This document shows positions 50,413-51,902 of a DNA stretch of 51,902 bases, piece by piece; position 1 is the stretch's first letter; the number at the start of each line of letters is the position of its first letter. The DNA is from Phycisphaeraceae bacterium. GTDB lineage: Bacteria > Planctomycetota > Phycisphaerae > Phycisphaerales > Zrk34. The stretch covers positions 1-51,902 of the forward strand of contig JBBDRF010000019.1 of assembly GCA_040905565.1 (NCBI GenBank), given 5' to 3'. The notes under the pieces are model-generated. The model was not told where the DNA came from and did no database searches. It saw nothing but the letters and a program-made list of their open reading frames with translations. The translations under genes were made by a program, and so were the position numbers.

Positions 50413-51031
50413 GTAGGGTGGGTAGAGCGAAGCGAAACCCACCGCTTTGCCACCCACGAACGTCGATATGCCCGACTACCGACGATGGCGAATCCAAGGC
50501 GGCTCGTATTTCTTCACCGTCAATTTGATGAACCGATCATCACGCCTGCTGGTCGAGCACGTGGGTCTGCTCCGCGAGGCGTTCGGCACGGTGCGGCGAG
50601 CTCATCCGTTTCATATCGACGCGATTGTCATCCTGCCCGAGCACTTGCACGCCGTGTGGACGCTGCCGGCGGGCGATACGGATTACTCGACGCGCTGGCG
50701 GCTGATCAAGTCGCATTTCAGTCGCGGGCTGCCGAGCATCGAGCGGCGTTCGGCAAGCAGGCGCCGTCAGCATGAGCGGGGGATCTGGCAGCGACGCTTT
50801 TACGAACACACGCTGCGAGACGAGAATGACTTCGCCCAACACGTCGATTACATTCATTACAACCCGGTCAAGCATGGTCACGTCATGAAGCCGACGGATT
50901 GGGCGTTTTCGTCGCTGCACCGGTATATTCAGCGGGGCATTGTTGAGCCGGGGTGGGGCACGAGCGGGGTGGGGACGACGCTTGATCTGGGGTGATCCGT
51001 GGTGGGTTTCGCTTCGCTCTACCCACCCTAC
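50413..51031 (+). mobile_element. REPtron: RAYT gene between inverted GTAG-REPs
   Basis: Exact 31-bp inverted repeats gtagggtgggtagagcgaagcgaaacccacc at 50413-50443 and 51001-51031. Confidence 0.92.
50468..50995 (+). CDS. rayT: REP-associated tyrosine transposase (RAYT, HUH/Y1 family)
   Basis: GSYFFTV, ILPEHLH (HUH), WQRRFYEH, YIHYNPVKHG, WAFSS. Confidence 0.93.
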   Translation: MPDYRRWRIQGGSYFFTVNLMNRSSRLLVEHVGLLREAFGTVRRAHPFHIDAIVILPEHLHAVWTLPAGDTDYSTRWRLIKSHFSRGLPSIERRSASRRRQHERGIWQRRFYEHTLRDENDFAQHVDYIHYNPVKHGHVMKPTDWAFSSLHRYIQRGIVEPGWGTSGVGTTLDLG

Positions 51032-51033
51032 GG

Positions 51034-51902
51034 TTACGTCTCACCCGTCATTTCGATGGCGAGTTTGATGGCGGCTTGCATGGGGGCGGGGTTAGCGCGG
51101 TTCTTGCCGACGATGTCGAACGCGGTGCCGTGGTCGACGCTGGTGCGGATGATCGGCAGGCCCAGCGTCACATTCACCGCATCTTCAAATGCCAGCAGCT
51201 TCACGGGGATCAAGCCCTGGTCGTGGTACATGGCGACGACGAGATCGTACCGGCCGTTCACAGCATCGCGGTAGATGGTGTCAGCGGGGAAGGGGCCGCG
51301 GGCGTCGATGCCCTGCTCGCGGGCGGCGGTGATGGCGGGCTCGATGAGACGCCCCTCCTCATCGCCGAACATGCCTTCTTCGCCGGCGTGCGGGTTCAAA
51401 CCACACACAGCGATGCGTGGCTCAGCGATGCCCATCTTGATCAACGCTTTGTTGCCGAGGTCGATCGGGTCGAAGACCTTGCCGATGGTCAGCACGTTGC
51501 GCACATCCATCAACGGCAGGTGCACCGTGGCGAGGGCGACGCGGAGGTTCGGGGCAGCGAACATCATCACGCTGCGCTTCGAATGCGTGTGCGCCTGGAA
51601 CAGTTCGGTGTGACCGGGGTATCGCTTTTCACCCGCCATTTGCCAGGAGCGTTTGCAAATGGGGCCGGTGACGATGGCGTCGAGTTTGCCCTGCTCGCTG
51701 GGCTTGCGTTGGGCGGCTTTGATGGCATCGCGGATGAACGTCAGCGATGCTTCGCCGCCCTGTCGGGAGGGCTGGTGGACGGTCGAGCCGAGCATGGAAT
51801 ACTCGTCGTAATCGAGGACGACGACATCGTGCATGAAGTCGTAAGCGGCCCGCGGGCTGTCGTGCTGAAGGCGGAACCAGTAGGGTTCGATCTCGGCCAT
51901 GT
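51034..51902 (-). CDS. pdxA: 4-hydroxythreonine-4-phosphate dehydrogenase (5' end outside the window)
   Basis: VTGPICK, GHTE, CGLNPHAGE, AMYHDQGLIPVK, RTSVDHGTAFDI. Confidence 0.95.
   Translation of the reverse strand, partial: MAEIEPYWFRLQHDSPRAAYDFMHDVVVLDYDEYSMLGSTVHQPSRQGGEASLTFIRDAIKAAQRKPSEQGKLDAIVTGPICKRSWQMAGEKRYPGHTELFQAHTHSKRSVMMFAAPNLRVALATVHLPLMDVRNVLTIGKVFDPIDLGNKALIKMGIAEPRIAVCGLNPHAGEEGMFGDEEGRLIEPAITAAREQGIDARGPFPADTIYRDAVNGRYDLVVAMYHDQGLIPVKLLAFEDAVNVTLGLPIIRTSVDHGTAFDIVGKNRANPAPMQAAIKLAIEMTGET

Overview
GC-rich bacterial chromosomal segment, most likely Planctomycetota (Phycisphaerae-like). This is inferred from a prepilin-type/DUF1559-like gene, a planctomycete cytochrome c domain, a sulfatase, a PQQ-propeller protein and an lpxC-fabZ fusion. 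Housekeeping genes: pheA, clpC, prmC, argH, thiL, tsaE, nuoA, rpsP-trmD-rplS, lpxD/lpxC-fabZ/lpxA, pyrF, pdxA and a 10-gene Mrp-type cation/H+ antiporter operon. Notable items: (1) an unexplained operon (PQQ propeller, stand-alone GcvH-like lipoyl carrier, CobW GTPase, HdrA-N-like protein, 2x[4Fe-4S] protein, radical SAM) about 5 kb from a squalene-hopene-cyclase-like gene; (2) a RAYT transposase between exact inverted GTAG-REPs, plus at least five further REP families; two of these bracket single cargo genes, and one has a small TIR element (MITE) inserted in its hairpin loop with a 4-bp duplication, at two loci; (3) a leader-peptide attenuator in front of a PaiB-like gene; (4) a TsaE-YacG fusion; (5) eight genes with a TAnnnT-N6/7-ATG leaderless-type start. 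No tRNA, rRNA or CRISPR array was recognised. All assignments come from reading motifs; no database searches were run.
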